From Eledone cirrhosa (lineage: Eukaryota), in contig OZ024746.1 in the NCBI GenBank assembly GCA_964016885.1, positions 7,998,001-8,062,000 of the forward strand: DNA of 64,000 bases, in the 5' to 3' direction. The notes under the pieces were generated by a model. It saw nothing but the letters and a program-made list of their open reading frames with translations. It was not told where the DNA came from and ran no database searches. Positions 1 through 64,000 of this stretch are shown here, in pieces. Every line of letters starts with the position of its first letter. Position 1 is the first letter of the stretch. The position numbers and the translations under genes were made by a program.

Positions 1-614
1 TGTGTGAGAGTGTGTATGTGAGAGTGTATGTGAGAGTGTGTGTGTGTGTATGTGAGAGATTGTGTGAGAGAGACAGTGTGTGTGTGTGTGTGAGAGAGAG
101 ACAGTGTGTGTGTGTGATAGAAAGTTATTGCTTACTGAAACCTTTTTCCAGGAAATAACTGATTGTAGTCAGTATAGTAGTAACTAGTACTAATGGTACT
201 TCAACTGGTAATAACTATTTTGTCAACCTAACAGGACATCTTCATTGCTATTACCTATTGTTTCATCCCTATGTCGTTACATTAGTTGAACCTAAAGTTG
301 CTGCTGTTGTTGTTGTAATTTAAACACTTAACATTGTAAATCTCGCTGTAATGTCCTCAACATAGTATCAAATCAATCTCCTCAAACCCTCTCTCTCTAT
401 CTATCAATTCCCTTAATTTCTCTCTCTCTATCAGTCTGTTCGATCCCCCCCCTCTCTCTGTCTGTTCGACCCCCCCCCTCTCTCTGTCTGTTCGATCCCC
501 CCCCCCTCTCTCAGTGTACTGATAAAATCTAATCCTGTATTTAAAGACCTCTAACAGATGTTCTAGTCTTTACTGTTCATATTAGTCAGATCACACACAC
601 AGAATACTATCAGT

Positions 615-885
615 CCAGTCCCCAGTTCAATACTACAACACATACTATACTATACCAGTCCCCAGTTCAATACTACAACACATACTATACTATACCAGTC
701 CCCAGTTCAATACTACAACACATACTATACTATACCAGTCCCCAGTTCAATACTACAACACATACTATACTATACCAGTCCACAGTTCAATACTACAACA
801 CATACTATACTATACCAGTCCCCAGTTCAATACTACAACACATACTATACTATACCAGTCCCCAGTTCAATACTACAACACATAC
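615..885. repeat. 40-bp minisatellite (CCAGTCCCCAGTTCAATACTACAACACATACTATACTATA), about 6.8 copies
   Basis: Direct tandem repeats seen. Confidence 0.95.
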
Positions 886-2250
886 ATAAATATTCATAAA
901 GATTTGATTTGATTTCATTTCATTTTGTGATCAACCAAGAGATTATCAAAACCCTCCACTCTATACAATTTCTTTATCGATGACACATTATCTAAAAAAT
1001 ATCCTATCAATCACATTAGTAGATCATTACTACAAACAGCTCAGTAGTCTTATTACTCCTTTATGAGGCTATTAACCTAATAAACAAAGAAATCTGTCTT
1101 AGACAGGTGAACATTTTGTATAAAGGTATTATAACTAGTTTTCAGATTTTTTATGTGGGCTTTCATACAATTAAAACAGCTACTTAGTCTTAAATCTTTT
1201 TATACTAAACTGCGCCTGGTTATACAATACAAAACTGATTGTTTTGAAGTGTTTATATTCATCTAAATTCTACCATCATAATTTTATGAAAGAACATTTA
1301 AGTTATGCTCTAAAAACCAGCTAAACAATGAGAAAGTTTTAATTTATAAAATCCATCCAAATTCTTGATTATTTTAAAAACTACTTACAAATCATAGATA
1401 ATGACTTTCATTAGTAATAAGGTAACGAAATTGTATGAGTTATAGGTTCACTTTATTTTCATTGACTAATATAATATCAGTAAATTTGATAAGAATCTTC
1501 AAAATGTACTGTTACAAATGATAACATTTTATATTTAGAAAAATTATCAGGTTTAAAAATAGGATTACATTAACTTTGTTTTACTGTTTAATCAGAGAAG
1601 CAAGGGCAATGCCCTAAGATGTTTTCAGAGCCTCTGAGGCTGGTGGGAAGTTATTCTTGAACTGGAGACCTGACTCAAATACATGCAACAGAATAAGACT
1701 CTGTTAAAGGCACCCAAGGACCAAATGGTGGTGTTAAACCAAATGACTGATTAAGTCTAACCCCATGTAGGACTAGAACAGGATTTGAACTCTGAACATT
1801 AAGAACAAGAGGAAATACTGCAAAGCATTTTGTCCTACTCTATAGTGGTTCTATCAATTCGCTGTTATGTTTATAGAGCTGAAATAAATTACTGTTGAAG
1901 CAAGGTTGTAATAGCCTTGGAATGGGAACTGCAAGAAAGGAAGAGAGAGAAAGATTGTGTGTTTACCACATGTCTTCATATCAACAACGTTTAAAGCAAG
2001 AAGTGACATTTGTTTATGACCCACGTAAACAATACATGCAGCAGTGGTTCAACAAAGATGTTTTGTATATACCATATTTATAAATAAATGAATAGGCAAA
2101 GAAAAATGGACATTAAAGGATGATGTTGATAATGATGAAGAGTATCTGATTATAGAAAAACCTGCCTCAAAAGTTCTCGTCCAGCCCATGCTAATTGGAA
2201 AAACAGATGTAATGATGATGAATTATTCCAATGATCAAATACAAACTTAC

Positions 2251-62884
<60,634 letters not shown>

Positions 62885-63227
62885 CTTCACAAAATAAAGA
62901 GGAAAAAAAAGGAGTAAAAATTCAGGAATCCAAGGAAAGTAGTGATGGCCAGTGTTGGCAACATTTAGTAAATAGAAGGGATTATATGAGGGTCAGCTGA
63001 AAAGACCCTCAACACCAAAAGTAGAGTAAAAAAAATGAAAATGATATTTATATTCACACTTATGCAGGTTTAACTGGCCTCCTGTGAGGTTACATCTCAT
63101 AGGATGTTTCTCAGGTGTTTTAACGATAGGACCCTAGTCATGTCATGAAAATCAACATGGAATGAAGTGTCTTACTGAAGAACACAGTATGTTGCCCAGT
63201 CCAGGAATCAAACCCACCACCTCTTAA

Positions 63228-63448
63228 CCCTTTAGCATTTAAACTGACTGTATCCGGCCAGGATTCTCTCACCTCTTTCTATTCAAACTGGCTATAACTG
63301 GCTGCTCATATTGATGTTAAGATATTGTTCTCAAAATATATAATATCAAAATCTTATAGATTCGATATTATGTGAGATAATTATGTGAGATAAGGCCTTT
63401 ACCACAAAAATACAATGGTGTATATAGAGTAATATAAATGCTAAAGGG
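63228..63448. mobile_element. piggyBac-type MITE nested in a tRNA-SINE head
   Basis: TTAA|CCCTTTAGCATTTA ... TAAATGCTAAAGGG|TTAA; SINE halves on either side. Confidence 0.8.
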
Positions 63449-64000
63449 TTAATTGTGAGTTCAACATTGACCACTGGGCCATGTACTTTTACATAAGATA
63501 GATCGCCTCCTTCATCTTTAACATGTCTTACTCTAAAATTATTTTACTTGAAACCATTCTAATCATAAACTGTCTCTGGTTCTATGATACCAAGCTGTTT
63601 CTTTTAAAATTATAGTGATCATAATTCTGAGGATGGATCTCATTCCAGTTTGTGAGACATCACACAGCTTAAAACTGTGTTGTTAAAATAGAACATGAAT
63701 TATATTACTGAGATACAATTAACTAGCTAGAAACAGGAGAGGGTACTAGGTTAAAAATAAATACAGTGATCATAATTATAGTGACCGCAAGTTATATTTC
63801 AAACACAAGCTTAAAAATGAAGAAAGTTATTTTACTAAATCTCTCGAGATTCTTGAAAATCATAGGCAGTGACTGTCATTAAAAATATGGTGAAGAAATG
63901 GTTAAAAACTGTATCCTTTCTGTGTGTATGTGGGTGTCAGGCTGAAGCAAAAGTGTGAAAAGCAATAAGAAGTGGAATTGTTAGAGATGAGGTGTGAAAG

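Noticed and set aside
1-2250. Search for the ORP8 terminal transmembrane-anchor exon
   Set aside because: I found no phase-1 acceptor followed by a convincing coiled-coil or hydrophobic segment; it probably lies left of the window.

Overview
AT-rich, microsatellite-dense animal genomic DNA. The repeat content suggests a coleoid cephalopod such as Octopus (inference). The window lies almost entirely inside one minus-strand gene, an ORP5/ORP8-type oxysterol-binding protein-related lipid transfer gene (OSBPL8-like). I could splice 18 GT-AG exons (62884 down to 2251; 2241 nt, phases consistent) encoding the polybasic segment, PH domain and full ORD. The start codon and the C-terminal transmembrane exon(s) lie outside the window. 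The introns hold RTE, CR1 and Tx1-like LINE fragments, tRNA-derived SINEs with target-site duplications, mariner-, piggyBac- and Helitron-type non-autonomous elements, and many mini- and microsatellites. The most striking hidden layer is a set of short inserts in (TA)n tracts that look like Penelope-like element (PLE) ends. They show an inverted-repeat plus about 60-78 nt tail architecture and carry hammerhead ribozyme motifs. Three have complete catalytic cores in the pre-mRNA sense (7071-7140, 7863-7909, 19666-19730), and one is a U3-A8 covariant (23429-23466). One insert retains a GIY-YIG C-terminus (57950-58201). There is also an HDV-like ribozyme at an RTE 5' end (24862-24923). A tRNA-derived SINE subfamily shares its 3' end with a hammerhead-bearing element, hinting at a SINE mobilised by PLE machinery. 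All ribozyme calls are from manual pairing and are untested.
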